A DNA stretch of 64,000 nt, from the NCBI GenBank assembly GCA_964187785.1, contig OZ076409.1, positions 66,962,001 to 67,026,000 of the forward strand, in the 5' to 3' direction. Of the stretch, positions 1-13,300 are shown piece by piece. Below the pieces are notes generated by a model. The model worked only from the letters and a program-made list of their open reading frames with translations, searched no databases and had not been told where the DNA came from. A program made the position numbers and the translations under genes. The stretch's first letter is position 1, and each line of letters begins with the position of its first letter. This DNA is from Amphiscolops sp. MND2022. Lineage: Eukaryota.

Positions 1-47
1 CCCCCATCAGACCACAGAGCAGAGCTCACCATGTATGTACCATTTTT

Positions 48-110
48 TGGTGCAGAGGTTATTCGGTTAAGTGGTGAAGTCGAGAGTTCGAGTCCTTGCT
101 TCAGCCACAA
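48..110 (+). repeat. tRNA-derived SINE-like head (Pol III A/B boxes)
   Basis: A-box-like TGGTGCAGAGG (48-58) and B-box GTTCGAGTCC (86-95); no complete cloverleaf. Confidence 0.35.
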
Positions 111-1327
111 ATGTTTTTGTGCTTTTAGTTACTTTTTTAACGTAACATGCAAAACCGGACGAGACTACAGGGTCACATTTTTGGCACTATAGGACTTTTA
201 AATTTCTCATTTTTGTTCTGAAGTTAGGATTTCTCAATATATATCCAGCAATATTTTTTTTCAAAACTACCCGAAATGTTGACGTTAAATCCGAAGGAAC
301 TTGTGTTTCAATAAAGAGGATGTGGAGGTTTAAAAGCATAGCCCAATGTAACTGAATTTTTGACGTTATATCTGAACTATATTGCATTCTGCTCAGGGAT
401 AGGAGGCGCAGCTTTGAAAAGGCGCTCCTATTGTTCCCGACACTCTATGTCCGATCCAATTCTGACACTAAAAGTCGACGCAAAAGTCCATTCTGACAAA
501 GCTTGTAGAGATCAGCTTCAGACCTGTTTCATGGTTGTGTATTTCTGTGAAATTCAATTTAGCCAGTGCTGATACTCTTCATGGACTCCATTTTTACTTA
601 CCGAAAAACCTAATATTGCTTCTGATCATTAAAAGGCGCCCAAGAAGTCAGTAGGCTACCAAAAGTTCACGCGCTACAATTTCGTTTCGATCAAATCGGT
701 TAAAACGAGACGCCATGTTTAAATGCTATTTCTCATCAAACTTTTGAACAGAACAGTCAGATTGAAACCATCAGATTATTATCATGGATTTTCCGGAAAT
801 TATTTCACCATTCACATTGCTCTTTATAGAGCCCATTTCAAACAAATTGACCTCCAACATTGCATTGTTTGCAAACATGAAAATTCGGCGTCAAATTTCA
901 CATGCATTTTGACTTTAGCAGAAATTTTTCCTCGGCCAGTATTGAAATTTAGGATTTTTCCGGTTCCGTCTGACAACTGTGTCAGAACCAATGAAAATAC
1001 CCTCGTTTCGTGACAAAAGACACTGGAAGAAATTTCAAAATTATTTAGCTGATGATTTTTTGCAACAACCAGAAACTTGGTCATCTAAACTGTCAAATTG
1101 AAAAAGTTAGCTTTTCGAGTGTTTGGAGGTAAACCGTTTTTCTAAAAATGTTCTCGCAATGGATTTTTGGCATTGACAAAACAGAGGGAGGAAGCTATGA
1201 GTATTTGTATTGACTTGTGTATGAGACCGATTGAATAAAATATTGGACAAGACACATGCATAGCTAGCGTACAGTTGGTTCTTATCGCTGCAAAGATTAC
1301 GTAATACTATTCAACGCGTTCCAAACA

Positions 1328-2221
1328 ATGACTACACAAACGCTTCAAAAACTAAACTTGCTTGATCTTACTGATGGAAATTCTGTTCGATCTTTATTTC
1401 AAGAATTGATACAACTTATTGATAATCAAAAAGACGAGATTACTAAATTACGAACTGATTATGATGAACTTAAAAACGAAAAGGACGAACTGGGAAAAAG
1501 AATAACGAAAATGGAACGATACTCTTCTTATATGTGTCAAACATTCCATGGTATTCGAGATGGTGGTGAGTACCCGGTACATAAAATTGTGGAAATCATC
1601 AGGTCAGTACATATTCCAATCGAGCCTTGTGATATTGCAGCATGTCATTATCTTCCCGGTGATGGGAGAAACAAACCAATTATCGTTAAATTTCTTTACA
1701 ATCATCAACGTGATAAAGTTTGGGAACAACGTAATTCTTTTTTTGATCCCCAAACAAAGTCAATTATTTATGTCAACGAAAGGCTTGCTGAAAATGATTG
1801 CGACGTTTACAACTACTGTAGAAAAGAAAAACACTTCATAACAGCTACTCACAAAAATCAAGTACGAGTCGAGGTATCGGAACATGATAAAACATGGTAC
1901 CCGGTGGACAGCCGTATACAAGCTGATGCTATTGGGAACAAAATGGTCTCCTCAAGCGAGCTCACTGAGTGGGGCATGGAAAAATATCCCACTAACGAAG
2001 TAAACATGGATGAAAAGAAAACACCGGCCAAACGAAATCGACACGTTGCGTTTAATTCTCCCTCAAACGAGAAACAACATGATCAGAGTGACATGCCGGA
2101 TAAATTATTCAATCTCACTGAGAAACTTTTTACGTTACTGGTAGAGAAACAGTCGCCGCCATCAAAAAAAGCTGCAAACCAAGACGAACGCAACAAAGAA
2201 TCTAATGGAAGCAGTGATTGA
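1328..2221 (+). CDS. LINE ORF1p (coiled coil plus RRM-like domain)
   Basis: Heptad-rich N-terminus (IDNQKDEITKLRTDYDELKNEKDELGKRITKMERYS), then DIAACHYLP..KPIIVKF..IYVNERL motifs typical of ORF1p; directly upstream of ORF2. Confidence 0.85.
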   Translation: MTTQTLQKLNLLDLTDGNSVRSLFQELIQLIDNQKDEITKLRTDYDELKNEKDELGKRITKMERYSSYMCQTFHGIRDGGEYPVHKIVEIIRSVHIPIEPCDIAACHYLPGDGRNKPIIVKFLYNHQRDKVWEQRNSFFDPQTKSIIYVNERLAENDCDVYNYCRKEKHFITATHKNQVRVEVSEHDKTWYPVDSRIQADAIGNKMVSSSELTEWGMEKYPTNEVNMDEKKTPAKRNRHVAFNSPSNEKQHDQSDMPDKLFNLTEKLFTLLVEKQSPPSKKAANQDERNKESNGSSD

Positions 2222-2245
2222 GAATCCTGAAACAAAAATTCTGAA

Positions 2246-5088
2246 ATGTCAGCTTTTTCTTTTCATGATGAAGCACCAAAAAGATCAACCATTTTAGGCC
2301 TAAACGTTCAATCTTTGAGATTCCATCAACCTGACTTAGCTTTGCTTCTCGATACGATGACAAGTAAACCTGACATTAAATTATTAACGGAAACCTGGTT
2401 AACTGAAAATGACCCTATAGATAAGTTGAACATCAAAAGCTATCAACCTTTTGAATCAAAACCTCGAACTTTTTCTAAACGAAGGTCGGGCGGTGTAGGA
2501 GCATATTTTTCAGAGGCATGTGAGTATCAGTCGATCATTTTTGATACTGTTATCGAATGCGCAATATACCAAGTGACATTTTTTGATAAAAAGATGGTTT
2601 TTTGTGTTTTGTATCGACCCGAGACATTCAGACTAGCCAGATTTTTCGAGGAATTGGAGAAACTATTGTATTTCTTAAGTTCAATGAACCAAGAAATTTT
2701 AATCTTCGGAGATTTCAACATCGACACACTGAAAGACCAGAAAGCTCAACGAGATTACAAAAACCTGCTAAGTGCTTATAATCTAGGAATAAGAAATTTC
2801 GAGCCAACACGGGTAACACCGACGTCAAAAACGTGTATCGATCATTTTATTACAACTAATGCAATTGAAACTGAAACTTTGCGAACAACAATAAGCAATA
2901 ATTTCACGGTTTCCGCTCAAGTATCTCATAATTTAGCAAACAAACAACATGATCCACCATGTGCTAAAGTTCGGAATTTGAAAAACCTTAAAGGGGAAAA
3001 GGCACTAAATTTTCTCTTTCTTCTCGATCAAAAGTTGAAAAAACTCCCACAACATATGAATGCAAATGATTACATGGACGCATTGGCAAAAACAATCATG
3101 GGAACAGTAGATAAATTTGCACCTGAAAAGCGTGCTGAGAATAATAAAAAACATTTCAAGGAGACTTGGATCACTAACGAAATCAAAAATGCAATTGTAA
3201 AAAGGATTATTTTGTTCAAAAAATGGTTTCAAAATCCCGCAAAAACGAATCGCGAACGATACAAAAATGCACGTAATAACGTTACCAATTTAATCCGAAA
3301 AGAAAAAGAAACGAAAATTTCAAAAAACTGGGGGAAAATCCAACATCCAAACAAATCTACAAAACCTTGAAAACGAAGAAAAATCAGGCCGAAAACGCAA
3401 ATAATCTCCCTGACGTTGAAATTTTAAATAACTATTTTCTTTCTGTCGGGTCACTTTTGTCCAAAAAAAATCAAGAAACATCTTCAACGTTCCCTATTGA
3501 AATGCAACCAAAGACTATGCTCTTGAGCGAAACTAATGAACAGGAGATTTCCAAGATCTTATGCAAAATGAAAAACAAGAAGAGTGCAGGTTATGATGGA
3601 ATCTCAAACGAAATTTTGAAATGTTGTTCTCCCATCATTGAATGCTATCTTGCAAAAGCCGTAAACAAATGCATAACAGAAGAAATTTTTCCCGAATGTT
3701 TGAAAGTAGCGAAGGTCATTCCTTTGCACAAGCAAGGTGATAAAAAAGAACCAGGAAACTACAGACCTATCAGTTTGTTAAGCCCCTTGAGCAAAGTTTT
3801 TGAATCTGTTCTTAGAAGGATGTTAGGCTTTAGTGAAAAGTGTAAACTCCTATCTTTAAATCAGTTCGGTTTCAGACCTAAAAAGTCATGTATCCACGCG
3901 ATCGCTAAAATTACTGAGTATATCAGAGATTCAATTGATAGAAAGGAAACAGGACAAGCCTGCTTCGTCGATTTGACTAAAGCATTTGACACGATTGATC
4001 ATTCAATTTTATTACGCAAACTGAAAATATATGGTTTCAGAGGAAAAACTTTCAACCTAATTGAAACTTTCTTAACCAACCGATTACAATACATTGACTC
4101 TCTTGATAAGACATCAAAGAAAGGTAAAGTTTTATGTGGTGTTCCACAAGGATCAGTGCTAGGCCCTTTTCTTTTTCTACTGTATATTAATGACCTAAAC
4201 AATGCTTGCACCGAAAGTTCCTTAACAATGTTCGCGGACGACACGACAGTTATCAAAGCAGGTCGTAGAACTGATTCTCTTATCCGCAAAGATGTGAAAG
4301 TAATGACCCATTGTTTCGATGCTAACAAATTGACAATCAATGTCGATAAATGTGAAGCGATTCACTTTGGAAGGGGCATACCTGATGAAGTTCAGATCAA
4401 AGATAACCATTTACATTACAAACCCTGTTGCATATATTTAGGTGTTTACATTGATCCAACGCTGACATTCAGAGACCACATAGTTTATGTTGTGAAAAAA
4501 CTGAATAAATTCTGTGGTTTAATTTACCACGTAAGGCATCTGTATCCTAAAAATTGTTTGCTAATGTTTTACAACGCGTATGCTAAATCGATCATAACAT
4601 ATGGCTTATTAATTTACGGAGCCGCGGCCAAAACTAATCTATCTAGAATTGAGAGTGTGCAAAGAAGAATTCTACGAGCTATTTTTCTCAGAAAACGACA
4701 AAATTCCTTGCAAGAAATACTTGCTGTGAACAAAATCAATACTGTCTACGAGTTTTCCTTGAACGAAGTGGTTTCTGAAGTTTTCAAAGAAATGAGATCT
4801 GATTCTCCATTGAAATTACTAGACTTTGAAAAACTGCCCAAGTCCAACACGACAACAAGATGGAACTCGAAAGGAATTTCCGCTCCAATTGTGTCTCGAA
4901 CTGTAGTCAAGAAAAAATGTTTAGCAAATTCATTAATGAAAGCTTATAATTGGTTGACTGAATTGAACCTAATACCCCCTAACTTGCTAAATTTGAGCCA
5001 AGAGCAATTGAAAAAACATCTAAAACTTGTCAACGACCTATACATCACTGACAATAAAGAGCTTTTTTGTCTTTATTTTTGTGCCTAA
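2246..5088 (+). pseudogene. LINE ORF2 (APE endonuclease + reverse transcriptase) broken by one frameshift near 3305
   Basis: EN motifs LNVQS, LTETWL, GGV, LYRP, GDFN, TCIDH; RT motifs YRPISLL, QFGFR, DLTKAFD, GVPQGSVLGP, FADD, YLG. The alternative frame RNENFKKLGENPTSKQIYKTLK joins the two track ORFs. Confidence 0.9.
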
Positions 5089-5142
5089 AACATTTAACCG
5101 AGCAAGATAGCATGCAAGTTGGTGCTTCTATTATATGCAAAA

Positions 5143-5269
5143 AGGGCACTAGCTCGAAGAGCAATTATGCTCATCTGGTGTCCTAACTGGATAAATTGCA
5201 TGATAGATAATTATTTGTATTATATTGTTTCATGCTATCCAGTTAACTAAACTTCTTCTTCTTCTTCTT
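5143..5269 (+). other. LINE 3' UTR double stem-loop and microsatellite tail
   Basis: AGGGCACTAG/CTGGTGTCCT stem enclosing GAGCA-ATTA-TGCTC; second stem AACTGGATA..GCATGA / TCATGC..TATCCAGTT; (CTT)6. Confidence 0.7.
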
Positions 5270-7184
5270 GGAAAGTTCTCCGAATCATGAGTGAACTAAA
5301 GAATGTAAAACTGCAAAAAACTCAAATTTATCCAATAGGGTACAGCTATTATAGCGTCTTCACCGAAAAATGCTTGGCCAGCAAACACCAAACCATGTAT
5401 GAATTTCAGAAAAAGTTTGTTTTTCCAGGTAAAAAAAACAAGAAATCTTAAGACAACCAGGTGTGGGTACCCCTTTCGTAGCATATTGTATATTCTTAAA
5501 AAGATTCGATTCTTTTAAAGTTTTCAATCCTCAAGACAGATTTTTCTCGCTTCAAATTGTTTCTTTTGTCGAGCTTGGCAAATTTTCCTTCCATTTCCTG
5601 GAGTTCAAAAATTAGCAAATGAAAATTTGCAGTAAGGTGGAAAAAACATGTTTTGAAAATTGGAAGAAACATTTTTTGGAAAATGGGTATGAAGTTATTT
5701 TACTAGCCAAGCCAAGTAATGTAGAAGAAGAGCTGGTATAAAATTGTTCAATCTAGAAAATTTTAGGCATAAATAGATGCTCTAAAGGACGAGGAAATTG
5801 CAAGCTACTGGTTTATTTATTTTGACCAAACCATTCTGAAAGTGAGTGATTTTGGACAATTGAGTATCTGTTTCAAAACGATGATCTCAAATCGCCGATC
5901 AAATTTGTATCAAATCACTTAATTAACCTGGATTATTTAACTAAGGGTATCAAGGCTTTCATCACTAATGATATCGCTGAAGTCGAGAAACCTACTCCTG
6001 TGGTATTTCTTCAATTATACCAAGTACCTTTCTGGTAATGGCTCATTCCAATTGTATTTGCAGATATGAAGTTACCAATAGTATATAATCCCTCGATGGT
6101 CGCGTTTCGGTCAATTTAATGGAAGTATTTTTAGATCACAAGTTTCACCGATACAAATATTCAGATAATTTCAATCAATCACTCATCGTGTCATGAGTTC
6201 AAAAACCTTTGTTTTTATGAATGCTAGCTAATGACGAGAAATGCAGATGCTTTTCATTCGAGATTTATGACCTCATCATATAAGTTTACATATTTGAATC
6301 TGCTCAAGACTCCCGAGGTTCATATTTTGGGGCGACAAACTGAAAACTTCAAGAACTTCGAAGTTTAAATAATGAAAGTCTGAGAAGGTTAATTGTTCTG
6401 CAAACTGATCCCACAAAATTCAAAAATCCATTTCCAAAAAATCAACGTTCGCTTCCAAAACGTTACTGACACGTTTATGGGTCATTCAATCACGCCAGTA
6501 TATTGACGTTTCCAACTGTGACGCAAAACTGACGTTTCTCGTCTGCTGCATTTTCAAGTCAAATGATAGAAATAGGAGAATTCGATTGTTTTAAAATTTA
6601 ATCTGTTTTGCTGATATTTGGCCGAAGATTGACAGCCTAGACGTCTTCTTACCAACCACTGGTTGGAATCGAAACACCTGCGATGGTGCGTCTCTTAGTG
6701 AACCATAAAGGATGGTACGCCAGTTATTGAAATACAAGAGGTTTTGTGTTTTTCAAGGTTTCAGTTCTCAACAGACATTTCATCTGTGTTTTGTTTTGTT
6801 GAATTAATTATTACCACGATAAGAAAGAAAGAACAATTTTTGGCGATGGCGATGCAAAATTTGAAGCGACAAAAGAGAATCAGAAAAAAGCGATGAAAAA
6901 ATGGAAGGAATAGAAGAAAGGAAAAACTTATTTATTTTATAAGTTGTTTAGCATATATATGACGTTTTAGAAAATTTGCAATCAAAAAGCTGCAAGCATT
7001 TTTCTGAATTGATTCACCCGAAGTCGGAGCTCTGGGACGAAATTATCGGTAGTCGATTGAACCCGAAAATGTTACCGACAAAAAAGGTATGTCTTTCCTT
7101 TAAGTTTTCCACTGCAGCGAGTTGAAATAATAGAGGTTTGGACTATGGAAAAACGTTTTGTATTTCCTTTTAGATAAATGATGT

Positions 7185-7592
7185 CAGGGTTGGCAAAAAT
7201 GAAATATAAACATAAAAAACATTCACGAAAAAAACATGTTTTAAACAAATGAAAAAACATGTTTTTTTCGATTTTTCATCCTTATGTATTTATTTTATAA
7301 ATGTTTGCTGTTGCTTCGTGGAAGTGGAGAATATTTTCAGATTGTTGAAACTATTTGACATTTTAAGACCTGGCACTAAGATACCAGATAGAAGACAATA
7401 GCTACGGGACGCTGCGATCACGTCTCGGCGTGGACAAAGCACGAAAACTATCATTTTTATTTAAACAACTAAATAAAAAATGATTTGGAAGAAAAATTGA
7501 AAAAAAAACAGTTTTTCGGAGAAAAACATGTTTTTTTCAAAAAAAAATTAAAAACAGTTTTATTGGGAAAAAACAATGTTTTCCCATCCTTG
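7185..7592. mobile_element. hAT-type MITE
   Basis: Imperfect TIRs CAGGGTTGGCAAAA / TTTTCCCATCCTTG; 8-bp TSD AATGATGT/CATGATGT (7/8); similar copy at 26717-27082. Confidence 0.8.
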
Positions 7593-8350
7593 CATGATGT
7601 ATAACTCAATATCAATCAGACATTTGCGAAACCACAAAAATCAATCGACGATCAGTTTTCTATTGGCGTTTATTTTCAGATATTCTAGAGCTATCAAAAA
7701 TATTCACAACCGGAGTTCATTTGAGAAACAAGAATTGGAGAATTTATTGTACATTTAGGAAAAGCTACCGAATTTACTACGTTACGACTTAAAAAGTCAT
7801 GTGTTTAATCGAAAGTCATTTAAACCCAGATGAAAGCCTATTAATAAATTTGCACAAGCTTTCCAAGCATTGATTCATTTTAGATACAGTTAAATCTTTG
7901 TAACCTTAATCTATTGGTTGAGAAACGAGCTGCCAATCAATCCATTCAAGTAAATTGTCGGTCATGCGCAGCCGCGTTTTTAATTTTTCGGTCATTAGGA
8001 ATGTCCTTTTTCCCCACTCTGGATATGCATGGCACGATTTCGTTTTTTTTTCAATAGTGTAATTTCAATTTTTCATGGGAGTTAAATCTTTCTAGTGGAC
8101 GCATTCTGTAATTTGTTTCCGAAAATTCTGAGTACTAGTTTTTTCACTAATTTCTCGTAATTTTCAAATCTGAAAAATATCAATAGGTGTTAAAACTTTA
8201 CCACGATAGATCATGTTCTCAGGCAAAGATTGTCACCAAGTTTGATCTGGCATTCCGCGAAAACAGGAGAGTGCTTTTGAAGAGTTCCTAGTTGGTGATT
8301 TAGACTGAACAAAAAACCGAACGCTGAGTCATGAATCACTGAAATAGTTA

Positions 8351-9183
8351 CCCGGGTTTCCCGACCAGGCCGATCATAATCTGACCATATTATGGCACCA
8401 TACAAATCATACAAATTTCCTTACTATGATCGGCCTGGAATCATATATGGTCCAGAGTATGATCGGGCGGCCTGGAATCATAAAGTTTTGTTCCAAACGC
8501 GGGTTAACGTGACATGTGACCCAAACAAAAGTTTTCAAAAATTGAGAACAGCCAGCTTTATAGGCTGAGAGCAATAGAGCCACATTCGACCTTTTGTATC
8601 TGTGAAGGATACATTGCAGGTCAGAACTCTGTTAATCTCTAAGCGGAGTTAAAGACAAACTATAGTCACTCAATTTGTTCTCAGCCACTCCTTAGTTAAC
8701 AACTAACTCTTTTGTTATAGCAGTACCCACTTTGCAGTGTGATCTTCGATTATTTCCAGAAAAAATACTAATAATTCAGCAAAAGCTGCCAAAAATTGAT
8801 GATTGTTTTCAATTTGGTGATTGTATTGGACCTTTGGTTGAGGAATAGCTTGTAATTTCATCAGTGTATACGTTAATTGACTACATTATCCTAATTTTCT
8901 TTTTATGGTTCTAGGCTGACCATACCCTGGGCCATAAAGGTTTATGGTTCCAGGCTGATCATAGAATGAACCATATATGGCCCAAAATATGGTCAGGCTG
9001 GAACCATAAACTTTGCTTTATTATGGAACATGGCGTATCATAGACTGGACCATATATGTCCAGAAAATGGTAAGTGTGGAACCACAAGCTTTTATAGTCC
9101 AGAGTATGATCAGCCTGGAATCATACTGTGAGTATGATGGCAGAGTATGATTGACCTGTTCTTGTATGGGAGGGAAACCCGGG
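8351..9183. mobile_element. Non-autonomous TIR DNA transposon, CMC/EnSpm-like
   Basis: Perfect 12-bp TIR CCCGGGTTTCCC/GGGAAACCCGGG flanked by TA on both sides; many subterminal TATGATC..CTGGAATCATA / TATGGT..ACCATA units in both orientations. Confidence 0.75.
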
Positions 9184-9838
9184 TATCGAAGTTCGAAATA
9201 CTTTCCATGCTTCACTGTAGCCCAAAAGAGGGCTTGAGCAAATTACCTGAGAATGCAAGCAATTTTGTCTGAAAAATTCAGGTGAAAATTCCTGAAATAT
9301 TGAATAAACGTGCCTGAAAAACTCAGTATGGACCGCACGAATTAATGAGTTCTTTTTGTATTTGCACATTAGGTAATTTAGCAATTGATACGGGTGTAAT
9401 TAGACTAACAGAGGTGAATTTCCATGGTATGATAACTGAAATGCAATGGCAAAAATGTTTCAGAAGAACCCGGGACCAGCCCAAGTCAGTGCCATATCTA
9501 ATGCTCAAAAGTAGCAAAAGGACCTCAAAGTGTCAAACTATTTTCTTCTACAGTACCCGAAAAACCTAAAAGTTGGACCGAATTGATGCGCGAGGGGGAC
9601 CCTTTGAGATTTTTCATCCATTGTGTCGCCAATTATAAAAAAAATTGAAACGGGGAAAATATATTTTTTCAAAGAAAGTATCACAATGCACTGAAAGGGG
9701 GACCCTTTGGGATTTTTCAACATCCTTTCCGTCGCAAAACTCCAAAAAAACTAACGGGGTTTTTTGGCGAATTGTTTCAAAAAAAATCACACAATACCGA
9801 AAAAACTGAAATGGGGAACCCTTTAGTCTCGCCCGGTA

Positions 9839-10327
9839 CAGGGTTGTTAATTTGTAAGCTATTTATCATAAATAACAAACTAACATGTTAAAAACGAAAA
9901 TAACAGAATATATTGTTAATTATTTTATTCAAAAAATAATAACAAATTTTCCTATTTTGCATTCAATTGTTTGCACCATTTTCTTTGCCTGTGGTTGGCC
10001 GTCGGCAGTGCATTTAATCAAGTGAGATTTCAATCTTTCTGGATTGTTCACCACAGTTTCCTTGCATTTTTTACATTTTGCGCGCAGCACTCCATCAACT
10101 CTCACTTCATTGAAGGAACCCCAAACTTCATTCTTACGGCGACCCATAACAAAACCTGAAAACATATGTTAGTATAGACAAACGAATGCTGAACATAGGA
10201 CACGAACACAAAACAACGAAACAATGGAAATGTTAGAATTTTATTGTTAAACATGTTTAAAAAAATGATAAACACGTGTTATTTATAACCCTATTAAATA
10301 ACATGTTATTTATAATTAACATCCTTG
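9839..10327 (-). mobile_element. Internally deleted hAT DNA transposon
   Basis: Perfect 8-bp TSD GCCCGGTA (9831-9838, 10328-10335); TIRs CAGGGTTGTTAATT / AATTAACATCCTTG. Confidence 0.9.
9929..10147 (-). pseudogene. N-terminal BED zinc finger of a hAT transposase (truncated)
   Basis: MGRRKNEVWGSF...AKCKKC...NPERLKSHLIKC fits W-x2-F...C-x2-C...L-x2-H-x3-C. Confidence 0.8.
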
Positions 10328-13300
10328 GCCCGGTATTGTATGTTACGCGGAAAAAAAAACTTTTTTGGTTCAGTTCCCCGGGCCAACGGGTACAGTTTGC
10401 GCCTTCCTTCAAATTTTGTAGAACTTTTGTTACAACTTTTTCAGGTGTATCGAAAAAAAACACTGACGAAAAAGCATGACTATAGTCGACTCTTTTCTTA
10501 AGAAAAGCGCCGACTAAAAAAGGGTGGTTTTATTCTGCTGGCACCAGAAAGAAGTATAAATTCTGGTCATAGGAAGTTTTTTGTAAATTGAATGGCCTAC
10601 TGCTATAGGAAACCGCGGCTACTTTGGCAACGAAACCTCAGCTAAACTTGTGAACCCAAATGTCTCAAAGCATTTTCAGACTATTTAGATCATGTTTCTC
10701 ATTTTCCCCCTGATACACCTTGTTTCGGATCCCCTTAAACGAAAGCGCATTTCATTCTTGAAAGAAAACTTTCACGAATGGACGAATTTTATATGGGTAC
10801 CAATTTTTAGATGATTGTCTCTACAGCTGTGTTGACACTTCCATCAAAAAACGACCCTATTATTTGATTCTAGTAACAAAAAGAGGGAAAACGCCCGCCT
10901 GGAACAAGCTAACAAGTATCTTATTTTAACGCAAATTTTCTTCACTATAAAATTAAATGGGCAACTTTTAACTGCAAATCAATGCAAAAGATAGGGGTAC
11001 CCAGGTACGTCGACATCAGTTATCTTATTGGACCAAAATTTCAACTCAAACGATGTCGAATATAATGGTATTTGAACCATGTTTCTTATGACCCTCGCGG
11101 CCGTTGGGGGGAAAAAGAAACATGGTCCGACAATAATACCACCGCTGTTTTTACAGGATTTTCCAGACACACTCCCTCATTTTTGGCTCAAGTACTGATC
11201 ATGAATGATAGATCAGCGTAAAAGTTTGAGTATTTTGATTGGGACCTTCTCTCTCCCGCCAGACGTTTTGAAAATTAAATTTTTACTTCATTTTAACGAC
11301 GTCACAGAAGTTCATCCAAAAAGCTACTAATTTATGACAACTTTTTTATATATTCAAATTAATGCATGCGTGGCGGGATAAGCCCCTTCGATTGCAATGT
11401 TTATGTAGCCGTAGATCGTTAATTAATATCGAACATCTCTCAACATACGTTTTGTTTCGGATTCGGTCAAAAAATTTAAAATCATCGCCTTGATTTTAAA
11501 AATCTGATTAAATTACTACAGAGCCCATCGGTTTTTTTCCATTCTATGTGAAGAATTTCAAAGAAAAGTTTTTCAAAACAAAGCGTAACAAAAACAGAAA
11601 GTAAAAACCGAATTGACCTGATATATGTTATATACTTCTTGAAAGTTTCTCAGCAGAGTGAATATGCAGAGAAAAGGCGTCATTGGTAGAAATTGGTGAT
11701 TACAAAGAAAAATGCTCAATATTATGCAATTTTGATTGGTATATCTATTTTTGTCCACACATCTACGTTTAATTCAGGCTTATAGTAGACGCAAGACATA
11801 TACCTAGACGCAACATCCAAATGCTAAATACCAAAATACCAATAATTTTTAACACTAATATTTCTCATTTTGACTTGAGATTCGACGGTTTTAACAGCTA
11901 GAAAGATTTGGCGAATATTACGAACGAAATTTCTCAAATTTCCGATACAATTCTTGATTTCTATCTAAAATTCCGTCAATGATAGAATAATTTTCACCAA
12001 CGAAAATGTAATTTCATTTTGCCGGATCTCTTATCTGGTGTGTGGTACAGAACATGGATCAGCGGAGTTGCGGAGTTTTTTCAACACAGACGTACGACTT
12101 ATAAGCCAACAGCTTTTCGGTCGGCAGTGAATTTCTCCAGAGATACATGCACATGTATTGTTGCTAGGCAGAAATAAGACAACGGAATTTTGAAACCGAT
12201 TGCACTAGCTTTCTATTCGGATTTGAAATTGCTCTAAGTTGAAAAATATGGTTGCAAATATGGTTGCAAAACTTCTATTGAAGAAAAATTTATATCGATT
12301 CAATAACGCAGAGGATTTGTTGTACAGAATAGCTCCAGGCAAAGTAATTAATTATTCGTTTGATATTATCACTATAGTTCCAACTTTTCATTCATCAAAC
12401 TTCAATGAAAATTATCAAAGCAGATTTGTAAAATACGAATTTCTCTGTCGTAAATTTGTTCCTCAGCTGAAAGAGAAGCATTTTCAAAAAGCTGAAAAAG
12501 CACATGAATTAAGTCGAAACTAAAGCAATCTACGGAAAACAATTGAACAGTCAAGCCATTACCCCGACAAGAATGATTATTTTGAGGCTGGCATTGTCGA
12601 TCAGTGTTGAAACCAGTGACTTTAATGGAACACCAATCAGATAATTATCGTCGGCTTTTTGACTTGTCGATTCAAAGGTTTGTCAACTTAATGCGCACGT
12701 TCTGAAATATATCATCCGTTGATTTTTCCATGTTTTCTGTAGATATTAGGCTGAAAAATCAACCAATTTGTTTGAAATAAGGACCACATTTTGTGCTAAT
12801 TAACTTGTCCTAACGTGCGCATTTGATGTGTGAAGAAACAATCGGCTATTTTGTCCCATTTTGAAAGTCGGATGTTCTTGTCTCGTTCCCCGTTTAGATG
12901 AACGGAATTCAAAATATTGTACGCATGTTCTACTCGCCAGCAGATTTTCAAAAGCAAATTACACTTTTTCCAGCTCTTCATTTGTGACCGGTTCGTGTGT
13001 TTTAAACTTTGAACCCTAATTTCGTCTCTATAGTAGATACGTTTTGCGTTCTTCATCAAAAATGGACAAATTGATCGGTTATTTGATCTTAAAATTTCAG
13101 CTTTGATATTTTTCTGACGAAACTACTGGAAAAACATCAGAAATAAATCAGCGAGAAACGATTTCACATCTGGTGGAAGCACACTTCGAGCTTTATTTTG
13201 TCATTTTTTGAAGGCCGGAAAATTTTACTACGCGATTCTTTAGTCGGCGCTTTATCCTTTTAAGGAAAAATGAAAAATGCCCGACTATAGCAGTGACCTT

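Larger units (their letters stand above)
1328..5269 (+). mobile_element. Near full-length non-LTR retrotransposon (LINE), CR1/L2 group
   Basis: ORF1, then APE-endonuclease/RT ORF2, a structured short 3' UTR and a (CTT)6 tail at 5252-5269; 5' boundary not defined. Confidence 0.92.
9560..10520 (-). repeat. Copy of an abundant dispersed repeat family, interrupted by the hAT insertion at 9839-10327
   Basis: GGGGACCCTTTG(A/G)GATTTT units and CTTTAGTCTCGCCCGGTA, the reverse complement of the ACCGGACG(A/G)GACTA motif at ~155 and ~13444. Confidence 0.65.

Noticed and set aside
3295..3320. Programmed frameshift in LINE ORF2
   Set aside because: LINE ORF2 is normally one ORF; a 1-nt indel in an A-run explains it, and the copy has other lesions
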